Below, in pieces: positions 53,301-61,600 of a DNA stretch of 64,000 nt; position 1 is the stretch's first letter, and every line of letters starts with the position of its first letter. Where the stretch lies: positions 23,064,001 to 23,128,000 of the forward strand of contig OX442314.1 of NCBI GenBank assembly GCA_949358305.1, given 5' to 3'. The notes below the pieces were generated by a model that had not been told where the DNA came from, made no database searches, and saw nothing but the letters and a program-made list of their open reading frames with translations. Source of the DNA: Strigamia acuminata. Its lineage: Eukaryota. Position numbers and translations under genes: made by a program.

Positions 53301-54439
53301 GGGTCGATGACGGTTATGGCGTTTAAAGGTCTATAATCGATGCAGAGGCGCGGTTCGGAGCCTGGTCGCATGACGAGGACAATCCTCATTCCATATTCTC
53401 CGATGGCGTGCGACACGATCCCTTTTTCGAGTAACTCGTTGCACATCGTTCTTACGATATGTCTCTTTTGGGGATTCATAGTTTTAAAAGGTACTCGCAC
53501 CGGTTTTCCCGTAACCAATTCGATCTCGTGCATTACGTAACTAGTCTTTCCTGGATCTTTATTTAAGTTCTTCGAGTGCTTCTTGAGCATTTCCTCGAGG
53601 AGTTTCGTTTGTTCTTCTCCAAGATTGGCGTCCATGGCCAGATTATGTATTAAATTCTCCTCTTGGAGGATAGTATTAAACGACTTAAAATTATAGTCTT
53701 GGATGAACTTCTTAATTTCGCCTCCTCCCCATTCCTCGTCGTCCTTAGCTTTGTCTAGGAGTTCCGGAGGTATTATGGGTAGTCGTGGGTCCTCGTGGTT
53801 GTCGATGTAATTCCACGAACGTGTGACTGGGTTGGGCTGGATGTTCATCCGTTCCATCAAATCCATTCCTATCAGCAGGATTGTGTCTCGGGTTGGTAAC
53901 ACGATGAAGAAATGCTTAATCGTGCCTCCTTCCCATACAAAATCGGTTGATAACGTCCCCACTGCTCTAACTTCTCCCGCTGCTGTAAGAACTCGAATAT
54001 TCTCGTTCATTCCCCGTAATTTTTTCTGTATTTTTTCTTCGAGTGATTCGAATAAGTCGGTGGAGATAAACGACTGATCCGCTCCCGAGTCGAGTAGTCC
54101 CATTAACACCTTTTTGCCGAAAGAGACTGGTATTTTAGCCAGTACGCTCTTCGCTTCTGTTGATAGGTTGCAACGAAGTATTCGCTTTTTAAGAGGATTG
54201 GCCCCTTGGTCAAGCGGCAAAGTCATGAAAGCGTTGGCTATACCGTCTTCGTCTCTAATTTCGAATTTCCGTTTTTTGGTTGGAGTTGTGACTTCCTCGT
54301 TGGCAGCTTCCTCGAAGAATTCCAACAATTTTTTCATTTCTTTAATTTGTTTTTCCACCAGTGTAAGGTCCATCGTTTTCGAAGTTATCGCGAGCGGATG
54401 TGGAATCACTTTTGTTCCGCCCGCGAGTTCCAGTTTTTT
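50327..54439 (-). CDS. pol: Pol polyprotein (protease, RT, RNase H, integrase), expressed as a -1 frameshift fusion with Gag
   Basis: LLDSGAD protease; RLCIDYR, MPFGL and YLDD RT; HTDAS, ELE, TDH and NVVADALSR RNase H; H-H-C-C zinc finger, SVDLMG, SDNG, VERLN and GPY integrase, in gypsy order. Confidence 0.97.
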   Translation of the reverse strand, partial: KKLELAGGTKVIPHPLAITSKTMDLTLVEKQIKEMKKLLEFFEEAANEEVTTPTKKRKFEIRDEDGIANAFMTLPLDQGANPLKKRILRCNLSTEAKSVLAKIPVSFGKKVLMGLLDSGADQSFISTDLFESLEEKIQKKLRGMNENIRVLTAAGEVRAVGTLSTDFVWEGGTIKHFFIVLPTRDTILLIGMDLMERMNIQPNPVTRSWNYIDNHEDPRLPIIPPELLDKAKDDEEWGGGEIKKFIQDYNFKSFNTILQEENLIHNLAMDANLGEEQTKLLEEMLKKHSKNLNKDPGKTSYVMHEIELVTGKPVRVPFKTMNPQKRHIVRTMCNELLEKGIVSHAIGEYGMRIVLVMRPGSEPRLCIDYRPLNAITVIDPIQMPSIEAILRELAPFNWVTTMDLSKGYWQVELREEDKEKTAFWAPQGRLMFNVMPFGLVNAPATFQKLIEKVLGDALHKYAWAYLDDIVIVSQTFEDHLIHVNDVMERLTKAGLNIHPGKSKFCRKELAFLGYTVGTGGLSIDPKKTQAISQFPAPEDVKGVQRFMGMVNFFNRLLPNLADVAAPITDLLRNDEDFEWTDHCETSFNKIKQMLIDVKRIPLPDLNREFTLHTDASRIGLGAALLQKHDIDGVVLEVPTMFISRKLQAAEKNYNATELECLAVVWAIRKFRPYLEFTKFNVQTDHEALKWLMALKEPSGRMARWQLELMACDLIIEYRPGKFNVVADALSRAPASDPEDETDCGEDDSRLFYCPNPVRKWEFKKLNELPKEKLESGDQNYYSYWLRAYQSVKDAHPNYELTIEPRISDKYVRAFVAHVSKGTNSKPPTRDELIAAQMADDFCKTYRDFITDKIFPDENFDEIQREEFEREASTYLIEDGLLLKHHPNFRDDLTETGTSMKVVIPRSLLTRFLWMVHGHPLAGHSGVARTIYRANQLYFWPKMTRDIVRFIHHCPRCQACKPRTPKNYERISLGPFAPFDCWSVDLMGPKPTSSNKNKYILVIMDVATGWPELFPMERPTKQKIIRCLYEVALHFGFPRKLISDNGPQFASNLYKDFCKKFDIETSYTSTYNPRANPVERLNRDIKYALAIFTDVHSSWDEYLREIAFSIRTTISRNRKFSPAFLNFARELRVPWDPRIPEEILEIDPEKPHIYVDRLEQIISATYQHMMSHIFDMRDRISIAGKDRPFCNFKVNDLVWKDTHIQSSADKGIHAGLADKRDGPYVILEAHGGNAFKLKRLADNVNFRSIHARELTPYLPEFPQEAWTEYQTKPAKNPIIRDMFLDEQTGPTNLVQDELLEVADAPDEISGREEIVAESPKKGKQSNKKKTTGIPKPDKIYGMRRHKPNPFIKDGKLVGKQKATPAIVSNNR
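54388..54439 (-). promoter_or_regulatory. -1 programmed ribosomal frameshift signal
   Basis: A-AAA-AAC in the gag frame (54439-54433), a 6-nt spacer, then an 11-bp stem UCGCGGGCGGA / UCCGCUCGCGA. The -1 frame is the pol frame. Confidence 0.88.
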
Positions 54440-57252
54440 GTCATACTGTCGAATTTGGCGGTGAGTTCCTTCAAGATTTTTTCTTGTTCCTTCGCGAGCA
54501 ATTTCACTAGCTCCTCACGCTCTGCGGCCTTGTCGTCGGCTTTTTTCTTTGCCAGTTTTGGGCAGGCCTGACGCCAGTGGCCGTCTTCGTTACAGAAATT
54601 ACAAGGGCTTTTCTTCTTTCCCTCCCGCTCAAAAGGTTTTTTGGGGTAGTCCTTCTTCTCGGAAGTCGCCTCTGTTTTCGGGTTGTGGTGTTCCGATTTT
54701 CTGGACTTCATCTGAGGTCGGTAGCTGGGCGCCAGTTCCTTCCCCATGTTTGCGTGTACCACATCGTTGATACCTTCGTCAGCCTCATCGCTTTCCGAGA
54801 ATTGCTCAGAGTCTTCGCTTACTTCGTCTTCCGACTTTTCCTCGGCGGCGTTAGTTTGCGTGCGATAGGCCTTATTCGGAGGTGGTAAAGGGTTAGAAGC
54901 TTGTTGGTTTTTCTTTGAGGGGAGTGGCTCTATACTTCCGTTTAGATAATTTCGCGATTGGAGCAGCTTAGTGGAGTCTATGCTGCGCTCCTGTATTCGT
55001 TGCTGTCGGGCCACTCCTAGAGCTCGCTCTTCTTTTGTCAGATTTTCGTTATACCGAGCATTTACTTCGGTGTGTTTCTTCTCGACGAAAGCTAGGATGG
55101 CTTTGAAATTATCCCCTTTAGGAGCGTTCATTTCTCGTAGGACTTTGGTTGCGGTTTCGTTTAGTCCTTGTTCGAAGAGAGCTTTCTGAGCGTGTTGGTC
55201 AAATGGTTTGTCCATTTCACGGAACAGGCTGTCGGCTCGTTGTACGTATTCCCTCAGAGTTTCCCCGGGAGCTTGCTTCATAGAGCTTACTCTTTTCTGG
55301 ATTTCTTGGCTCGTCTCGCCATATTGATTGTGGAACTTTATGACGAAATCTTCCCAGTTTCGGGGTTGGACATCAGCGTACCAGTTTCGGGCCCGGTTGA
55401 TCAGCATTTCTGGTATTCCGCGTGCAACCATTTCGTCGGGTTCCGCTCCTAAGCGATTAATCGTCAGGGCGACTTCGTCCAAAAACAAGTTGCCGGCGTT
55501 CCAGGATCCGTCGAACTTAATTAGTCTCAGGGTCGTCCACTTGATGTTGTTATCCTTGCGAGAATACAGCCATCGGTCTGCGGAGTAACGTTTCAACAAT
55601 CCTTCGCTTCGATCGTCCTCCTCGGTCTCTTGGCCACGGCTTTGTTGAAGTTTTTGGTCCATGGCCTGAAGGAGTTCGTCTTTCATCGTCCGTAGTTGGT
55701 TGCTTAGCGAGTCAGTCTCACTAAGCAGCGGTGATGATCGTGGATTGTCGGAAGGGAGGCTTGGGTAATGCGTACCGTTGCCCGTCAGTCCGAACTGATT
55801 GTGTTGGAACGACGTTTTCCCTGATGATCCCGCGGTGTTCGGGTTATTCGTGAGGTCTTGCGCTATGGTTGAGTTATCTGGGTTCGCTTTCTCTGGAGCG
55901 GAGGTTTGGCTCAACTTTGTTCCGGGCGGTATCAGATCGTCCAGTCGGGTCCCCGTGAGGCCTTCGTTCGTTTTTTTGATAAAAACGTAGGAATCTCTCC
56001 CAGCATACGCTTCGGCGGCGTGTTTCTTTTCGAGGTGATTTTTAACTGCGTTAATCTCCTCGAGCGTCGGCATGGCCAGTTTATTTTGACCTACTTCGTT
56101 GCGTATTTGATTCTTCTGATTTATACATCTGATTAGCTCTGCGTTAGGGTCGCCTGGGTTGTTATTACTGGTTTGGCCAGTTTTCATTGCGAATGAGTTT
56201 TTTACTGCCCATGATTGTGCGCCCTGATTATTCCTCCTATCCTGTATAAACGCCTCGTACAGTTCTCCTTTGACTTCGTCCGATTCGTTCAAGATGCTAT
56301 CTAGTCCGTTGACTCGGATACTGCCGTGAGATGCTTGAGAGTCGATACTTTCGCTGTCTGACGTTGCTTCGCCGCCTGTCTCGGACTGTTGTCGATCTGC
56401 TCCGACCCGACGTCGTTTCTCTCCGCGTCTGGCCGTGTTATCTGCCGATCGTTTTTCAGTCCTCTGATTTACTAGGTCGATTACTCGGCTTAGCTCTGCG
56501 TAGGGATCCTTGTCCTGGTCGATCTCGATGCCGTGTGCGCAAGCTACCCGAGTTACTTCTATTGCTTTGGCTACCAGCTCCTTAGCTGTGTGAGACCGTT
56601 CTGGGGAGCTCTGTACGGAGTTTGGCTCCGAATGCTGGCTTAACCCGTTGCTTGGCGGCCGGATCTGGCAGTCCTTTGCCATTTCTCGTTCGATTATTTT
56701 CTGCTTCGCGAGCAATTCTCGAGCCAGCTCGCGCTCCAGTGCCATTTGTTTAGCTTGGTGTTCTTGTGCCAAGCTCTGTTCCATGGCAGCTAATTTCTCG
56801 CGATGCTCTCTGGCTAAATCTTCCATCAATTCGTTTTTCTTCTTCTCTAACGCGACTGTTCTTGCTTGGTCTGCGCGGGCAGCCTCGTTGATAATTGCGG
56901 CACTTGTGTTTGCCGCTTTATTTAGAAGAGTCATTAGATCCATTTCACTGGGATCCTTTTCGACTGGTCTTGGGCTTTTCAATCCGAATCGAGGGTTTTC
57001 GAACGATTTATTTAGTCCGTTTTCTTCGTGAGAGCTTCCTGATCCTTCGAATTCGCCTCCCGTAAACGGAAGTTGTCTTGCAAGGGGAAGGCTTTCACTT
57101 GATGATTCCGTTGAAACTTTAGTCGAGTTAGTCTCGACTTCTGGTTCCACGTGGTTCGCTTCTTCCGCTTTTTGGCGTTCGATTTCTTCGGCTTCTTTTC
57201 TATCCTTTTCGTCGTTACGCCTTTTTCTATCTTCTGCGGTAGTTTTTGTCAT
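54406..57252 (-). CDS. gag: Gag (948 aa): long N-terminal extension, capsid domain and one CCHC zinc knuckle
   Basis: RARNWY..WEDFVIKFHNQY..MKQAPGETLREYVQR capsid-like block; CNFCNEDGHWRQAC. Confidence 0.93.
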   Translation of the reverse strand: MTKTTAEDRKRRNDEKDRKEAEEIERQKAEEANHVEPEVETNSTKVSTESSSESLPLARQLPFTGGEFEGSGSSHEENGLNKSFENPRFGLKSPRPVEKDPSEMDLMTLLNKAANTSAAIINEAARADQARTVALEKKKNELMEDLAREHREKLAAMEQSLAQEHQAKQMALERELARELLAKQKIIEREMAKDCQIRPPSNGLSQHSEPNSVQSSPERSHTAKELVAKAIEVTRVACAHGIEIDQDKDPYAELSRVIDLVNQRTEKRSADNTARRGEKRRRVGADRQQSETGGEATSDSESIDSQASHGSIRVNGLDSILNESDEVKGELYEAFIQDRRNNQGAQSWAVKNSFAMKTGQTSNNNPGDPNAELIRCINQKNQIRNEVGQNKLAMPTLEEINAVKNHLEKKHAAEAYAGRDSYVFIKKTNEGLTGTRLDDLIPPGTKLSQTSAPEKANPDNSTIAQDLTNNPNTAGSSGKTSFQHNQFGLTGNGTHYPSLPSDNPRSSPLLSETDSLSNQLRTMKDELLQAMDQKLQQSRGQETEEDDRSEGLLKRYSADRWLYSRKDNNIKWTTLRLIKFDGSWNAGNLFLDEVALTINRLGAEPDEMVARGIPEMLINRARNWYADVQPRNWEDFVIKFHNQYGETSQEIQKRVSSMKQAPGETLREYVQRADSLFREMDKPFDQHAQKALFEQGLNETATKVLREMNAPKGDNFKAILAFVEKKHTEVNARYNENLTKEERALGVARQQRIQERSIDSTKLLQSRNYLNGSIEPLPSKKNQQASNPLPPPNKAYRTQTNAAEEKSEDEVSEDSEQFSESDEADEGINDVVHANMGKELAPSYRPQMKSRKSEHHNPKTEATSEKKDYPKKPFEREGKKKSPCNFCNEDGHWRQACPKLAKKKADDKAAEREELVKLLAKEQEKILKELTAKFDSMTKNWNSRAEQK

Positions 57253-57324
57253 TTCTTACGATATAATGATCGATCGAAAGATCCCGGTTATTATTTAAAG
57301 TATTGTCTTAAGGTTAGCAAATCT

Positions 57325-57342
57325 ATCCCGGACAGGCCCCCA
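57325..57342 (-). promoter_or_regulatory. Primer binding site, tRNA-Pro type
   Basis: TGGGGGCCTGTCCGGGAT, 2 nt after the 5' LTR; 16/18 match to the known tRNA-Pro PBS TGGGGGCTCGTCCGGGAT. Confidence 0.85.
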
Positions 57343-57344
57343 CG

Positions 57345-57975
57345 TGTCGTGATTCGACTTTGTGGTTAAAGATAATAAATAATACACTCGGGAATACAAT
57401 ATATTTCAAATACTGCTTTATTAAAACACGCTTACTAATACAAATATAAGTCAAGATGTTTCCTGTGTTGGTCCTCGGATTCGGCTGCGAATACGAGTTG
57501 CCGCTAAACAATGGCGGATCCAATTGTTTAGTCCTACGCGTGGTCTATGTTTGTTGTCTAGGGTATTTCCACGTGTTATTATGAACACGCGAGAATTCGC
57601 TTTCTCGTGCGAATTAAACGAATATCGTTCGAATATTTATTCTAGCGTAGATTGGCTACGCTAAATAAATGTGGCTGTTGTACAGTTGAAATGGTCAGCG
57701 GGCACCGGTCCTCGATCAATCCGTGAAACGGCCTGAAAGGTGAGGTAAATGGTGCTCTTGCTGAAATGTGGTAACTGTAGTGTCGTTTCCGGTCAAGCAT
57801 TGGCTATATATATTAACCGGAAATGACGTCATATGCAAATCCTTCTGATTATGCAGGTTCGCAGAAACACGCGACTAGTCAGTCTAGTCGGTATTTCTAG
57901 CGCGCTCTAGTGGCGAGTATTAGTAACACAATAATCACCGCTAATTACTTCTTCAGGTGATGCTGAATCACCACA
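57345..57975 (-). repeat. 5' LTR (631 bp) with promoter motifs
   Basis: Octamer ATGCAAAT, CRE TGACGTCA, ETS-like CCGGAAA and TATATATA cluster at ~57805-57840. AATAAA on the minus strand at ~57417-57422. Confidence 0.97.
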
Positions 57976-57979
57976 CGCT

Positions 57980-58115
57980 CTCCGTCTGGCGTTCCTCTTC
58001 GTCTGGCGTTCCTCTCTGCCTGGCACCCCTCTCTGCCCAGCGCCATTCTCTGCTTGGTGTCCCTCTCCGCCTGGCATTCCTCTCTGCCCAGCGCCCCTCT
58101 CTGCCCGGCGCCCCT
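57980..58115 (+). repeat. 17-bp minisatellite, right 8 units
   Basis: Continues the 46129-46213 array in register once the element and one TSD are removed. Confidence 0.92.
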
Positions 58116-58942
58116 GGGCTGCAGCCCAGTTAACTTAATGGTAAAGATGGCCCTGGCCATCACCCGCCTAAGTAAAGAGGGAAAAGACGCAGCCCCGCCA
58201 TTTTGCGCGCAACAAGCCGTTGTGCTGTGCCATTTCCATTCCTATTATTTCGCGACCGTTGTCGTATTCATTATTGTTCAATTCATAGTCATTATTATTA
58301 GTTTTAGCCTAATTTATTAATTCAATTGTATTTCATTAATAAATCATTTGTTCATTTGAATTAAACCACTTGTGTATTTTATTTAAACATCTAGACAACC
58401 TTTTGGCCACTTATTCCTGATTTAAGTCTTACAATAGCATTCAACATGTGATTAAAACCCGAATCGTAGCAGGGCATAATATAATTCAACATCGTCACAA
58501 CTTCTTTAAAAACTATTTGTTAGATTATCTAATTTCCCCAATCGGAAATGATTCTCCTTTATACATTAGCCTAGCCTGTTACACACTAACAAGCGTATAA
58601 TCCATTTTATTTGCTAAATTAAAGTTTAGCTCCCAAAAAATAATTTTCATTCCTGAATTAACGCCATTGCTGTTCACACTCTAATATCGTCACAAACTCG
58701 TTTCGTCATATGCGCAAACAATGTTCATGCTTGCGTCTCATTGAATGAGGCGATATTATAATCGATATTGCTAGCCATATAATTCGATAATACATTTAAA
58801 CTTCACAAGCGATACAAAAAGATATAAAGATATTAGTGTTTACTTTCCACAAAAACACAACAGAATATAGTCATGAAACGTGGAATAAACTAGAATTTAT
58901 TATTATTATTCAGCTTGCTTCCAGAATTCCATTTACTTGTTA

Positions 58943-61322
58943 TCAGAATAACATTTTGGACAATATCTCGATCACAAACACTATCAGTGCAATTCCAATT
59001 CCCAAGCACAAAGTAAAAAAAAGGCCAACGACTGCAGGCATTTTAATAGTTGCAACTTCTCTTCGCACTCGGTCACAAACGGCATTATGATCATCGTGAT
59101 TAACGACACGATAGAGTTTTCTGTAAACACCGTTTTCCGAAAAAATCAGTGTACTACAAGTATTTGATAAATTTTGAATCAATTAGATGTTCATTGAATT
59201 ATAAGTTGTAGCTTACTATTGATTAAAAAGCTGTTTGTATAGAAATTGCTTGTTATATGTAAAACAAAAGTCAGATTCCATAACCACCTCATCCAAGAAT
59301 CGAAATGAACAGTTATTTTCGACTTTGAGTTTCAATACTTCCATTATTTGAAAATATGCTATTTTACGATTGTATACCAATTCCTTTCCTTCTTCATTAG
59401 ACATTACCAGAAACTTCTCAGGATTACTACTGATTTTCTTGTATGCTCTGGCATACAGATCCTCTTTAGAAGCCTGCATGCAAAAATTCAAATGAAATTA
59501 ATCCATACCATCTGGGATTAATTAATTTTTAAAAAAAAGCTTTAAGGAAAATATGGCCATACCTTTAATAACTGAAGTGGACTAGTGTCTTTAAGTGTGG
59601 CTAAGTCATAGTTGGATTCGTAAAGGAATTCATGAAAACTATTAAATGGTAATTTGAGTCGAGTCACAGCTAAAATCGATGTAAGACTTGAACAGTAGTT
59701 TATAAATATAATGATGCAAAAAATATGAAATACGACCAAACATATTCTACCAGATAGACCGTAAACTCGAACTGGAATACCTATAAAACACATCTCCATT
59801 TTAACCTAACACTGTGATTACTTTCACACCTACTTAATTTTACCCGTGTGAAGTATCATTTGTAAAGCACATCTTGTATAATAGCAAATTATTGTAGCAA
59901 TTCTAATTGCTTTTTGGGGCCAACGTTGTTCCTTATTTTTGATAAAACAAATAATTGACAAAAAAGCTGCAAATAAAATTGTAAAAGCCATTATGCAGAT
60001 CCATGAGAGCAAGGAAAAAGGCTCCAAATAAAAGAAAAATCTTTCTTCTGTGTTGCCTTTATGGTGATATAGTAATTTATAATGGATTTTCGTAACAGCT
60101 GGCGAATAAAGTATGAATTCGGACCTCTCGTTGGTCTTCACTAGTGAAATTCCCATATCGCTCTCCTGTATTAAGGTATTTCTCTTTTGAAAACGTTTTT
60201 TGAAGAATTACAAATGAAATTACATTTCTGTATACTGTTCCAACTATTCCAGATGCGTACGAAGCATTTACCTTAGCCCCAAATAATTTATCTTTTACTT
60301 CAGTCAGGCTAGCACTTTATACAAGGAAACATAACTTAGATTTTTTATATTTAACGATTAAAACTGTTTAAATTACTTAAATAAAGTTGTGCTCTGAATA
60401 GTGTTCAATATTTCACCATGTAATCCTCCGATAGTCCGCTGTTCGTTCTTCTCGGAAATTGAAAAAAATGGGTGGAACTAATTAGAAAACATAGTGACTT
60501 CAATAATTTGTGCATTGAATGGCAAACCAATATAACTTATTTACCGGTAAGGTGGCGAAACGAATCGGTTCTTCAATGTACGAAGGCAAAGGCACAGGCA
60601 AACGTGAAAATTTTAAAACACCGTTCTTCGGATCCCAAACGCCACTTTTTTGCTCCTTTATCACACTTCCGTGAGCCGTATACAAACGAAATAAAAACCA
60701 TTCCTTGAATACATAAAATTACTTGAAACGTAACGATTTCAGCATTAACTCCCATAACTACCGTACCTCGTGTGAATGCCCGACGTGCAATAAAAATAAA
60801 GCGATATTATGTGGAATGAAAAAATTTCCAAAATTTTCCAACTTCTCTTCTAATATTAGTAACCAATTACAGGGGCAATGACTTAACTTTAAGGCCTTTA
60901 CCACTATTCCAATAGCAGTATTTGGTTTGCTTATGATCAACACAGTGCCGAAATTGTTCAGTTCGTTCAGGTCAAATTCATTCACGGGTGCAACACTGGC
61001 AGAGATCAGATGTTGCGAGAAGTGTTCAGATAAATAAACTTAAAGAAAACAAAATTAAAACTACCGAAATGTAATGAAACAAAAATATTTCTTACCAAAA
61101 TCCTGGTCATCCGTTAGAATTATTATTTTTGACCATTGGACATATTTTAAGAAATTAGTTGAAAATTTGTGGATCAAATTAATTTCTATCCGCGCAAATA
61201 AAACGAGTTAGTACTTGCATTTAAGTTTGTATTATCGATGGTTACGTTTTCCTACCAACATCTTCCTTAGAAACAGCCGAAATGATGCAAGAAACAACCG
61301 CAGCATAAAATAACACTTTCAT
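58943..61322 (-). CDS. Divergent ionotropic receptor (IR/iGluR family), multi-exon, apparently intact
   Basis: Signal-like start MKVLFYAAVVSCIISA. DMGIS...TNERSEFILYSPAV (S1), FYLEPFSLLSWICI (M1), SGRICLVVFHIFCIIIFINYCSSLTSILAV (M3), LPFNSFHEFL, S2 and a C-terminal TM VVGLFFTLCLGIGIALIVFVIE. Confidence 0.88.
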
Positions 61323-61600
61323 CTTGCAAGATTCAATAAGAACAAGGTGGTGTAATATGTTATTATATCCTTGCTTAGCTAAAGTATTACTAGTAATTGC
61401 ATATAAAAAGTCGTGTTACAGGTATTTTAGGTGTTTGTTTTGACATAGAACAAATGCCAAAATGTAGAAAAAACAATTTTTATGAGCAATACATTTATAT
61501 TTGATTTATCGTTTAATTTGCTAATCAACTGTTTATAAAATTATTATAATAAGCAATTTTGTAAACAATTTTATATCATTATTTTATTACTTATTAAATT

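Larger units (their letters stand above)
46214..57975 (-). mobile_element. Full-length, young Ty3/gypsy (Metaviridae) LTR retrotransposon with gag, pol and an extra spliced ORF3
   Basis: Two 631-bp TG...CA LTRs, 4-bp TSD CGCT (46210-46213, 57976-57979), PBS, PPT, and uninterrupted gag and PR-RT-RH-IN pol. Confidence 0.98.

Noticed and set aside
46129..58115. CRISPR-like array
   Set aside because: The 17-bp units are head-to-tail with no spacers; this is a eukaryotic minisatellite.
58943..61322. IR as a pseudogene
   Set aside because: The junctions checked (exon 1-2 and last intron) splice in frame. Apparent stops in the ORF track fall in introns.
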